Assembly (NCBI GenBank): GCA_903872065.1
Contig: CAIQJJ010000340.1
Coordinates: 1 to 55,157 of the forward strand
DNA from: an uncultured Anaerolineales bacterium
GTDB taxonomy: Bacteria; Chloroflexota; Anaerolineae; Anaerolineales; UBA4823
Reading direction: 5' to 3'
DNA length: 55,157 nucleotides
Shown: piece after piece, positions 18,731 through 25,996 of the stretch
Numbering within the stretch: position 1 is the first letter of the stretch
Layout: every line of letters starts with the position of its first letter
Translations under genes and position numbers: made by a program
The notes under the pieces: generated by a model
Told to the model about the DNA's origin: nothing
Seen by the model: the letters and a program-made list of their open reading frames with translations, nothing else
Databases searched by the model: none

Positions 18731-20482
18731 ATGAATAAAAAGAAACCTCGCGCCGCAATGCAATGGCGCAGTATGGATTTACATATCCACTCTCCGGCTT
18801 CAAGCGACTATCAACAGCCTGAAGTTACGATTTTGGATATGCTTCAGCGCGCGGAAGTGCGCAATTTGGATATTATCGCTTTTACCGATCACAATACGAT
18901 TGCCGGGTATCGTCGCATGCGGGATGAGATTCAGCAGCTTGAGCTTTTACAAAAGCTTAACCGTTTGTTGCCTGAAGAACGCGCCCGTCTGGATGAATAT
19001 CGCCGGCTTCTAAACAAAATCTTGGTTTTGCCAGGGGTGGAATTTACCGCGACATTCGGTTTTCACATTTTAGCGATCTTTCCGCCTGACAAATCTGTGC
19101 GAGAGATTGAACATTTGCTGATGGAATTGCGTATTCCCCCGCCGCAAATTGATGATGGTTCTGCGACTGTGGGAGCGACCAGCGATGTTTTAACAGCTTA
19201 TCGTGTCTTCAACGAAGCTGGAGCAATTGTGATTGCTGCTCATGCCAATTCATCGAACGGCGTGGCAATGCGCGGCTTCAATTTCGGCGGCCAAACGAAG
19301 ATCGCCTACACTCAAGATACCAGTCTGCACGCGTTGGAGGTGACTGATCTGGAGCAAAAGGGTCACACGACGGCGCGCTTTTTTAATGGCACGAAACCTG
19401 AATATCCTCGCCGTTTGCATTGTATTCAGGGCTCTGACTGCCATCGTTTGACAACGGATGCGCAGCGCAAGAAGAATATTGGCCTGGGCGACCGCACAAC
19501 GGATGTGCTGCTTCCAGAAGTGACTTTTGAAGCGCTCAAAGAATTATTCTTGAGTAATGATTTTGCGCGCACCCGTCCCTCAACGCACAAAGAAGAGCCG
19601 GCCTATGATTTTATTCGCGCCGCGCGCGAAGAAGGCCCCAATATTGTCCAGGATTTTCATGAGAGCATGAATGTGCGCGGCGGGAAGCTCTATACCGTCA
19701 TTTCAGATGTGTGCGCTTTTGCCAACACTAATGGCGGCACTTTGTACATTGGTTTAAGCAGTGATCCGCACCATCCTCCGGTTGGCGTCCCAGGCGCTGA
19801 ACAGTCAGTAGCCTTGCTTGAGAAAGAAATTGACAACCGGATCAGCCCGCGGCTGCAATGCACCCTCGATGTGCATGAAACCGGTGGAAAGAAAATCATC
19901 CGGATCCTGGTGCCGCGGGGCGAGGAAGCGCCGTACGCGGTGGATGACAACAAAATCTATGTGCGCGACGAAGCGGAGACCGGTCTGGCGGTGCGTGATG
20001 AGATTGTCAACCTGGTGCTGCGCGGCCGTCAGCAAAATGTCGCCATAGAAGCGGCCGCGCCGGCAGTTTTGAGTAGCGCAGAAGGCAGCGCCCCGGATGC
20101 TGAGGTTGAAACATCCCCTGGATTGGAGCCGCCGCCGCACACAGGCGTGGAAGTGGTTGCCACCGAGGAACGCGAAGGGAATATTTACTATACCATGCGC
20201 GATCTGCGTAATGGAAGCATTGTCAAAAACGTGACGCGTTCATCTGCCCGCCGCTTGTGGCATTATGCGATTACCGAACATGCCAAACTGCCGCCTAACC
20301 TATCGGCAGTTGATATCCAATGGGTAGGCAACCTGGGGCTGATTCGCTGCCATCACCAGGGCGGCTGCCAGCGCTTCGATTTTGTGCAGCGTACCGTTGA
20401 TGGTACTCGCTATTATTTTGGCGTTACTGAGGACGGTGTGCATGGGCCGTGGAAACGTTTGGTGGGAGTGGAAGAAGATTGA
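18731..20482 (+). CDS. PHP-domain phosphoesterase fused to an AlbA_2 (Schlafen-type) DNA-binding domain and an unassigned C-terminal domain
   Basis: PHP metal-ligand motifs: DLHIHSP, FTDHNT, GVEFT..FHIL, AAHANS, GSDCHR. AlbA_2 signature: VCAFANTNGGTLYIGLSSD. About the last 130 aa have no motif I recognise. Confidence 0.75.
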   Translation: MNKKKPRAAMQWRSMDLHIHSPASSDYQQPEVTILDMLQRAEVRNLDIIAFTDHNTIAGYRRMRDEIQQLELLQKLNRLLPEERARLDEYRRLLNKILVLPGVEFTATFGFHILAIFPPDKSVREIEHLLMELRIPPPQIDDGSATVGATSDVLTAYRVFNEAGAIVIAAHANSSNGVAMRGFNFGGQTKIAYTQDTSLHALEVTDLEQKGHTTARFFNGTKPEYPRRLHCIQGSDCHRLTTDAQRKKNIGLGDRTTDVLLPEVTFEALKELFLSNDFARTRPSTHKEEPAYDFIRAAREEGPNIVQDFHESMNVRGGKLYTVISDVCAFANTNGGTLYIGLSSDPHHPPVGVPGAEQSVALLEKEIDNRISPRLQCTLDVHETGGKKIIRILVPRGEEAPYAVDDNKIYVRDEAETGLAVRDEIVNLVLRGRQQNVAIEAAAPAVLSSAEGSAPDAEVETSPGLEPPPHTGVEVVATEEREGNIYYTMRDLRNGSIVKNVTRSSARRLWHYAITEHAKLPPNLSAVDIQWVGNLGLIRCHHQGGCQRFDFVQRTVDGTRYYFGVTEDGVHGPWKRLVGVEED

Positions 20483-20928
20483 CGCTCATCCGTGAATTTG
20501 ATTTCTCCCGCGATCTGGCGGAGGCTTTGGCGCTTTGGGGCGCTTCTGGGCCTGGCGTACGTGTAGGACGTTCGGACAGCCCTGAAGAAATTCAAAAAAA
20601 ATTGGCGCGAGACCCGGATTTATTCCTGGTTGCAGAAGAAGATCACCGTCTGATCGGGACGGTGATCGGCGGTTTTGATGGGCGGCGCGGCATGATTTAT
20701 CACCTGGCGGTGATGCAAGAATACCGGCAGCGAGGCGTCGGCGCGGCCCTGATGGAAGAGGTAGAGCGCCGTTTGCAGAAGAAGGGCTGTTTGAAAGCCT
20801 ATTTGCTGCTGCTTCCTGGCAATGAGGAAGCAGCAGCTTTCTATGAACATCGTGGCTGGGGAGCGATGCAGGTGCGATTGTATGGCAAAGAGTTTTCCCC
20901 GTTGGATACTGGAGATCGGGCAAAATAA
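20479..20928 (+). CDS. GNAT-family N-acetyltransferase
   Basis: Acetyl-CoA motif RQRGVGAALMEEVERRLQKKG. The likely TTG start at 20479 overlaps the upstream TGA stop (TTGA). The ORF-track ATG at 20449 is an alternative. Confidence 0.8.
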   Translation: MTLIREFDFSRDLAEALALWGASGPGVRVGRSDSPEEIQKKLARDPDLFLVAEEDHRLIGTVIGGFDGRRGMIYHLAVMQEYRQRGVGAALMEEVERRLQKKGCLKAYLLLLPGNEEAAAFYEHRGWGAMQVRLYGKEFSPLDTGDRAK

Positions 20929-21423
20929 ATGGTCGTTCGCATAGGCATCCTGACAATTTCAGATCGATCGGCGCGAGGGGAGCGCCCTGATGTTTCTGGC
21001 CCCGCTTTGGAAGAAGCCGCCAAAGCCTGGGGGTGGCAGGTCACATGTAAGGGATTGACGCCTGATGACCTTGCGATGATTCGCGATACTTTGACTTTAT
21101 GGGCTGATACCGACAAAGCGGATGTCATTGTGACGACAGGGGGTACTGGTTTCGCGCCGCGAGATGTGACGCCTGAGGCGACGCGCCTGGTTATTGAACG
21201 CGAAGCGCCGGGCCTGGCCGAGGCGATGCGAGCGGCCAGTTTCCAGATCACCCCTCACGCGATGCTCTCGCGAGGCCTGGCCGGGATTCGCAAGCGAACA
21301 GTGCTGGTGAATTTGCCGGGCAGCCCGAAAGCTGCTGTGGAAAATTTGCGCGTGATTGCAGCGGCCCTGCCTCACGCGGTGCAATTATTGCGGGAGGACC
21401 CCCAGGCTGAACGCGGGCATTGA
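20929..21423 (+). CDS. mog: MogA/MoaB-family molybdenum cofactor biosynthesis protein
   Basis: ILTISDR ... VIVTTGGTGFAPRDVTPEAT ... NLPGSPKA. The ATG directly follows the GNAT TAA stop. Confidence 0.85.
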   Translation: MVVRIGILTISDRSARGERPDVSGPALEEAAKAWGWQVTCKGLTPDDLAMIRDTLTLWADTDKADVIVTTGGTGFAPRDVTPEATRLVIEREAPGLAEAMRAASFQITPHAMLSRGLAGIRKRTVLVNLPGSPKAAVENLRVIAAALPHAVQLLREDPQAERGH

Positions 21424-21485
21424 CCTTAGAGAACTGTTAGGAAGGACGGGGGGATGATTCTTTTCATCCCCCTGGCGGGTATAAT

Positions 21486-22139
21486 GTGAACATGGATAAA
21501 TCGCAATCAGTTTTGTTATCAGAACCTGAAAAAGTTGACAGGCTGCGTGAAGTCGTCCTGGATTCCATTGTCAGTTTTGTGGTCAGTATTTTCATGTTCT
21601 ATGTGTATCGCCGTCGCATTGTGATGGATATGCTGGAGACGGTTGCCCTGGCTGTAATTTTGTTTTTGGGGATTAATGCAGTTTCTGCACGCATTCGCGT
21701 TGATTCGATCAGTATGCAGCCGACTCTCTATGCCGGCGATTTTGTGTTGGTTAATAAGATTGCCTACTGGTTGGGCGAGCATGAACGCGGGGATGTGATT
21801 GTCTTTTACTATCCGCCGAAGCCAGATGATATTCCGTACATCAAACGGATCGTTGGTCTGCCGGGAGATAGAGTACACATTGCCAGTGGTAAGGTTTATA
21901 TCAATGGCGAACAGTTAATTGAACCGTATCTTAAGATTACTACCAATCGCGGCGGCGACTGGACGGTGCCGCCGGAATCTTTGTTTGTGATGGGCGATAA
22001 CCGCAATAATTCATCTGATTCGCGCTCATGGGGCTTTGTGCCGTACAAAAATGTGATCGGCAAAGCGGAAGTGATTTATCTGCCGCCCAAACATTGGGGC
22101 TGGCTGGATGTTGAAGTAGCCGCCGCCGCGCAGCCCTGA
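21486..22139 (+). CDS. lepB: Signal peptidase I
   Basis: S26 motifs SMQPTL (Ser), KRIVGLPGD (Lys) and GDNRNNSSDSR, with one N-terminal TM helix. An ATG at 21492 is an alternative start. Confidence 0.9.
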   Translation: MNMDKSQSVLLSEPEKVDRLREVVLDSIVSFVVSIFMFYVYRRRIVMDMLETVALAVILFLGINAVSARIRVDSISMQPTLYAGDFVLVNKIAYWLGEHERGDVIVFYYPPKPDDIPYIKRIVGLPGDRVHIASGKVYINGEQLIEPYLKITTNRGGDWTVPPESLFVMGDNRNNSSDSRSWGFVPYKNVIGKAEVIYLPPKHWGWLDVEVAAAAQP

Positions 22140-22142
22140 TCC

Positions 22143-22934
22143 CTACGCTACCGGGCGACCGCCCTGTCCTTCAGGCAAAATCAGGGGGACTCCCAGGTCG
22201 GGATGGTTGATCACATGCAGAGGCAGCCGGTACACTTCTGAAAGCCGGGCTTCGGTCAGCACATCTTTGGGCGCGCCGATTCCATCCAGTTTGCCATTGA
22301 CCAATAAGGCAACGCGATCGGCGTAGACTGAGGCCAGGTTTAGATCATGCAGCGCCATGATCGTCGCCAGGTTTTTTTCTTGCGCCAGTTCTTTCACCAG
22401 GTTAAGCAGCCCAATTTGATGGTGCAAGTCGAGGTGGGTGGTGGGTTCATCCATCAGCAGTACGGGAGTATCTTGCGCCAATGCACGCGCCAGCAGCACT
22501 CGCTGCTGCTCGCCGCCAGAAAGTTCGCCAATACGACGTTCGGCTAACTCCATCGTATCGGTGCGCTCCAGCGCCGCGCGAATGTGCTGGCGATCTTGTT
22601 CGGTTGGACGACCAAGCCACCCCAGGTAGGGCGTTCGCCCTAAGAGAACGGTTTCCCAAACGGTGAATGTCTCAGGCAAACGCCGCGCTTGCGGCACAAC
22701 CGACATCATGCGCGCCCGCTGACTGGTCGAAAGGCGCGCCAGATCGCGCCCATCCAGGCAAATACTTCCCTTATGCGGACGAAGCACGCCGCTGACAGTC
22801 TTCAAGAGGGTTGTTTTCCCCGCGCCGTTTGGGCCGATTAATGCCAGGATCTCGCCGCGCGCCACATTTAGACTGACCTCGTGCAAGATCTGGCGCGATC
22901 CATAATTGACGGAAAGAGATTGAACTTCGAGCAT
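22143..22934 (-). CDS. ABC transporter ATP-binding protein (FecE/BtuD type)
   Basis: GPNGAGKTT, LSGGEQQRVLLARAL and VLLMDEPTTHLD. It is the last gene of a three-gene importer operon. Confidence 0.9.
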   Translation of the reverse strand: MLEVQSLSVNYGSRQILHEVSLNVARGEILALIGPNGAGKTTLLKTVSGVLRPHKGSICLDGRDLARLSTSQRARMMSVVPQARRLPETFTVWETVLLGRTPYLGWLGRPTEQDRQHIRAALERTDTMELAERRIGELSGGEQQRVLLARALAQDTPVLLMDEPTTHLDLHHQIGLLNLVKELAQEKNLATIMALHDLNLASVYADRVALLVNGKLDGIGAPKDVLTEARLSEVYRLPLHVINHPDLGVPLILPEGQGGRPVA

Positions 22935-22946
22935 AAGCGCCTTTGG

Positions 22947-23954
22947 TTACCTGTCGGTTGTTTTCAGCACCCAGAGGAAGAACGGCGCGCCGGCGAGGGC
23001 GGTGATCATTCCTACGGGTAGTTCTTGCGGCGCCATCACAGTGCGCGCGAACAAATCCGCCAATAGCAGCACTGTTGCTCCACCCAGGGTGGAGAGGGGG
23101 ATCAAGCGGCGGTAATCGGAACCCCATAAGATGCGGGCGACGTGCGGCACGATTAAGCCGATGAAGCCGATGACGCCTGAAAAGGCAATCGCGGCGGCTG
23201 TTGCTAACGAGGCGGCGAGTATGATGATGATCCGGCTGCGTCCCACTGCCAGGCCCAGTTGCTGCGCCTGTTCCTCGCCAAATTGCAGCACATTCAGGGC
23301 ATGTCCCATACTGAAAAGCGCCCCCAGACCTATGACTACATACGGCAAGACACTCCAGACTGGCGGCCATCCGCTGAGCACGCCTCCACCCATCAGCCAG
23401 GCAATGGCGCGGTGTAATTCGCCTTGCGAGCGCAGCATCAAGAAAGAGGTCAGGGCGGTAGTAAAAGAACTGACGGCTACGCCAGCCAGGATCAATGTGG
23501 TATTGGGAGTCGACCGCCCGCTATAAGCCAGGGTGTAGACGATGGCGACGGTGAGCAGTGAGGCGATAAAAGCAGCGGCGGGAATGGCAAACATGCCCAG
23601 GGATGACGCTGACCAGCCCAAAGACATGGCCATCACCGCGCCCAGGCTGGCCCCTGAAGCCACGCCGATCAGGTAGGGGTCTGCCAATGGGTTGCGAAAA
23701 AGCCCCTGGTACGCCGCTCCGCTGCCAGCCAACGCCATGCCTGAGAGGGCGATCAGGGCGGTGTGCGGCAGGCGGATTTTGAAGACGATGGCCTCAAAGG
23801 TTTTTGTCCATTCGACGGGAGCTGCAAACCCCATGCCCCTGGCAAGCAGGGCGCGCGCCAACAGGTCTGGTGGGACAAAGACTGCGCCAACAGCCACGCT
23901 TAACACCAGGGCCGCCGCCAGGAGGATGAAGTTGAGTAGAAAGGGGCGCTGCAT
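22947..23954 (-). CDS. FecCD/BtuC-family ABC permease
   Basis: Polytopic membrane protein with the FecCD pattern (GMALAGSGAAYQGLFRNPLADPYLIGVASGA). Start set at ATG 23954 (MQRPFLL) because the ORF extension contains an intercistronic hairpin. Confidence 0.85.
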   Translation of the reverse strand: MQRPFLLNFILLAAALVLSVAVGAVFVPPDLLARALLARGMGFAAPVEWTKTFEAIVFKIRLPHTALIALSGMALAGSGAAYQGLFRNPLADPYLIGVASGASLGAVMAMSLGWSASSLGMFAIPAAAFIASLLTVAIVYTLAYSGRSTPNTTLILAGVAVSSFTTALTSFLMLRSQGELHRAIAWLMGGGVLSGWPPVWSVLPYVVIGLGALFSMGHALNVLQFGEEQAQQLGLAVGRSRIIIILAASLATAAAIAFSGVIGFIGLIVPHVARILWGSDYRRLIPLSTLGGATVLLLADLFARTVMAPQELPVGMITALAGAPFFLWVLKTTDR

Positions 23955-23966
23955 AGGTTTTCCTGC

Positions 23967-24000
23967 GCGGCGGTTAATCTCTTTAGAGATTAACCGCCGC
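23967..24000 (-). other. Intercistronic perfect stem-loop between the binding-protein and permease genes
   Basis: 15-bp arms gcggcggttaatctc (23967-23981) and gagattaaccgccgc (23986-24000) with loop ttta. No U-run follows on the minus strand. Confidence 0.7.
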
Positions 24001-24012
24001 AGACAGATCATT

Positions 24013-25077
24013 TTATTCTTTGAATAAATCGGGGTGTAAAATCTTGGCCAGCGCCTCCAGCCCGTCTACCAGGCGAGGCCCTGGACGACTGACCAGGTTG
24101 TCGTCAAAGGGGAAAATCTGCTGATTTTTGACCGCATCCAGCACATCCCAACCAGAGCGGGCAGCAACCGATTCGGCAGTGACGCCATACGCTGAGTCGC
24201 CCAGGATGATGATTTGGGGATTCAATTCGATCAGCTTTTCGGATGAGAATTGCACCCAGGGGCTGTCCATCGTTCCGGCGATGTTTAACCCGCCGGCCAT
24301 TTGAATCAGGGTATCTATGAAGGTGCCAGGGCCGGCTGTGTAAGGAGCGGCCGGATCCGTGGCGTCCAATTCGTAGTACACGGTCGGCTTTTCGCTGAGG
24401 CCGGCCGCTTTTTCAACCACCTTCGCCACGCGCCCTTTGAGGGTTTCAATAAGCGTCGCGGCTTCCGCTTCATGGCCGGTGAGCTGCGCCACCCTTTCCA
24501 GGTTGGCGTACAACTCTTCCAGAGTAAGGGGGTTGGGCAGGTAATAGACTGTCAGGTTGGCGTCTTGCAGTGACTTGACCTGTTCAGGGGTGGTCAATGC
24601 CCCGGCCAGCACCAGGTCAGGGTTGAGCGTCAGAATCGCCTCAACATTGAGGTCGCCAAACGAACCGCCAATGTCGGTCGCGGCTTTGGCTTCCTCTGGG
24701 AAGTCTGAGAACATATCGCGCCCGACCACCTGCTTGCCGGCGCCGATGGCAAACAAGATCTCAGTGTTCGAGGGAGCGAGGGAAACGATCCGCTGCGCCG
24801 GGCTGGCTAAGGTGATCGAATTGTTCAAGCCATCGGTGAAAGTCAGGGCCGGCGTTTCAGTTGGTTCGGTGGTCGCGGTGGGGGCGGGGGTCTCTGTCGG
24901 CGCGGGGGTGGCTGTGGGGGCAGGGGTTGCGCTGGGCGCGGTGGTTGCCGTCGGCGCATTGGTTGGGGCGCTGACGGCGGTTGGGATGCTCGTCGCAGTG
25001 GGCGCGGTGGTGGGGTTCGCACAGGCTGCCAGGATGAGAGTCACTGCAGCCAGGAAGAGTAAAGTTTTACGGAACAT
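24013..25077 (-). CDS. Lipoprotein substrate-binding protein of a BtuF / iron-siderophore type ABC importer
   Basis: Lipobox LILAAC, a long P/T/A linker and a class III periplasmic binding protein body (IVSLAPSNTEILFAIG ... DLVL ...). ATG 25077 has GGAG upstream on the minus strand. Confidence 0.85.
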   Translation of the reverse strand: MFRKTLLFLAAVTLILAACANPTTAPTATSIPTAVSAPTNAPTATTAPSATPAPTATPAPTETPAPTATTEPTETPALTFTDGLNNSITLASPAQRIVSLAPSNTEILFAIGAGKQVVGRDMFSDFPEEAKAATDIGGSFGDLNVEAILTLNPDLVLAGALTTPEQVKSLQDANLTVYYLPNPLTLEELYANLERVAQLTGHEAEAATLIETLKGRVAKVVEKAAGLSEKPTVYYELDATDPAAPYTAGPGTFIDTLIQMAGGLNIAGTMDSPWVQFSSEKLIELNPQIIILGDSAYGVTAESVAARSGWDVLDAVKNQQIFPFDDNLVSRPGPRLVDGLEALAKILHPDLFKE

Positions 25078-25167
25078 GAGGGGTTTCTCCTTGAAAAAAT
25101 TTTGTATCAACCAATGAAAAAAGAGAAGAAACAATCAGTGTGGTGTTTCAGGGCGTTCCCGGCTGAA

Positions 25168-25390
25168 ACAAAAACCCCTGTCGGCGCGACAGGGGTGAGA
25201 AAACAGCCAGTGAAAGCAGCTCTGTTCCCACCTCCTTTCTGCGAGGTAGTGGTAACTCATCCAGAGCGGGCGACCTGGCTTGACCGCGCCGCTTTGTGCG
25301 GCGCGCTCTTACAGTTGCGCGACAGCGCCGGACTGGCTTACGCTTCACCGGCTTCGCCTGAGGCAAAAGCTTGTTCAGCCGCTCCCATCC
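25168..25390 (-). promoter_or_regulatory. Probable cobalamin (B12) riboswitch with terminator expression platform, leader of the BtuFCD-like operon
   Basis: On the minus strand I read GAAGCCGGTGAAG, then CGCAACTGTAAG (plus 25308-25319), then the B12-box-like GTCAAGCCAGGTCGCC (plus 25269-25284). A terminator follows: stem 25175-25183 / 25187-25195 and then UUUUU. Matching was done by eye against the remembered RF00174 consensus. Confidence 0.6.
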
Positions 25391-25542
25391 GGGGGAGCGG
25401 CGTTCTGGACGGTATATGGATAAAGTTGGCTGCATTGTAAATGCGGATGGATACAAAGTCAAGCGTTGGTTTAGATTTGCCGGTGTAATGGCGGATGGAA
25501 CAGCGGGGAATCCAGAAGCGCAAAAAAACGGAAATTTTAAAC

Positions 25543-25571
25543 TGGACAAATTGGGCGCTCTCATGTAAAAT
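25543..25571 (+). promoter_or_regulatory. Candidate sigma70-type promoter of rpsT
   Basis: TGGACA (25543-25548), 17-nt spacer, TAAAAT (25566-25571). Confidence 0.45.
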
Positions 25572-25623
25572 AAGCCGCCATGTAATTGGAAAAGCTTCTG
25601 ATAAGGAATTTTGGAGGTTCAAG

Positions 25624-25890
25624 TTGGCTAATACTCGTTCTGCCATTAAACGCATGCGGCAAAATCCCAAGCGCCGCCTTCGTAATCGTTATTTTTCCAG
25701 CCGTGCGCGTGGTTATGTCCGCGATGCGCGTGAAGCGCTCGATGACGGCGACGTCGATCAGGCGCGCCAGGCCACGCAGACCGCGATCCGCGCCCTGGAT
25801 AAGGCCGCTGAAAAGGGTGTGCTGCACAAGAATAATGCGGCTCGTCGCAAGAGCCGCCTGATGAAGCAGCTCAACGCCCTGGGCAAGTAA
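25624..25890 (+). CDS. rpsT: 30S ribosomal protein S20
   Basis: (L/M)ANTRSAIKRMRQNPKRRLRNR ... HKNNAARRKSRL is the S20 signature. TTG start at 25624 has GGAGG at 25613-25617. Confidence 0.9.
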   Translation: MANTRSAIKRMRQNPKRRLRNRYFSSRARGYVRDAREALDDGDVDQARQATQTAIRALDKAAEKGVLHKNNAARRKSRLMKQLNALGK

Positions 25891-25949
25891 TTGCCTTAAC
25901 GCGATGGAGCGCCCATGAAGGCGGCTCCTTCCCCGAGGCCTGTTTTGCC

Positions 25950-25977
25950 AGCGGGAGCGTCTTCGCTCCCGCTTTTT
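25950..25977 (+). terminator. Intrinsic terminator after rpsT
   Basis: A perfect 10-bp stem (agcgggagcg / cgctcccgct) with loop tctt, followed by a T-run to 25977. Confidence 0.8.
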
Positions 25978-25996
25978 GTCTTTACGAGAAAGCGCT

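Noticed and set aside
17930-18763. A 277-aa minus-strand ORF spanning the lon 3-prime end and the receiver gene
   Set aside because: It is antisense to two well-supported genes, is Ser/Ala/Thr-rich and carries no motif.
25371-25568. Small ORFs (65-138 aa) in the 546-nt btuF/rpsT intergenic region
   Set aside because: They overlap the riboswitch and promoter elements, lack SD sequences and have no coding signature.
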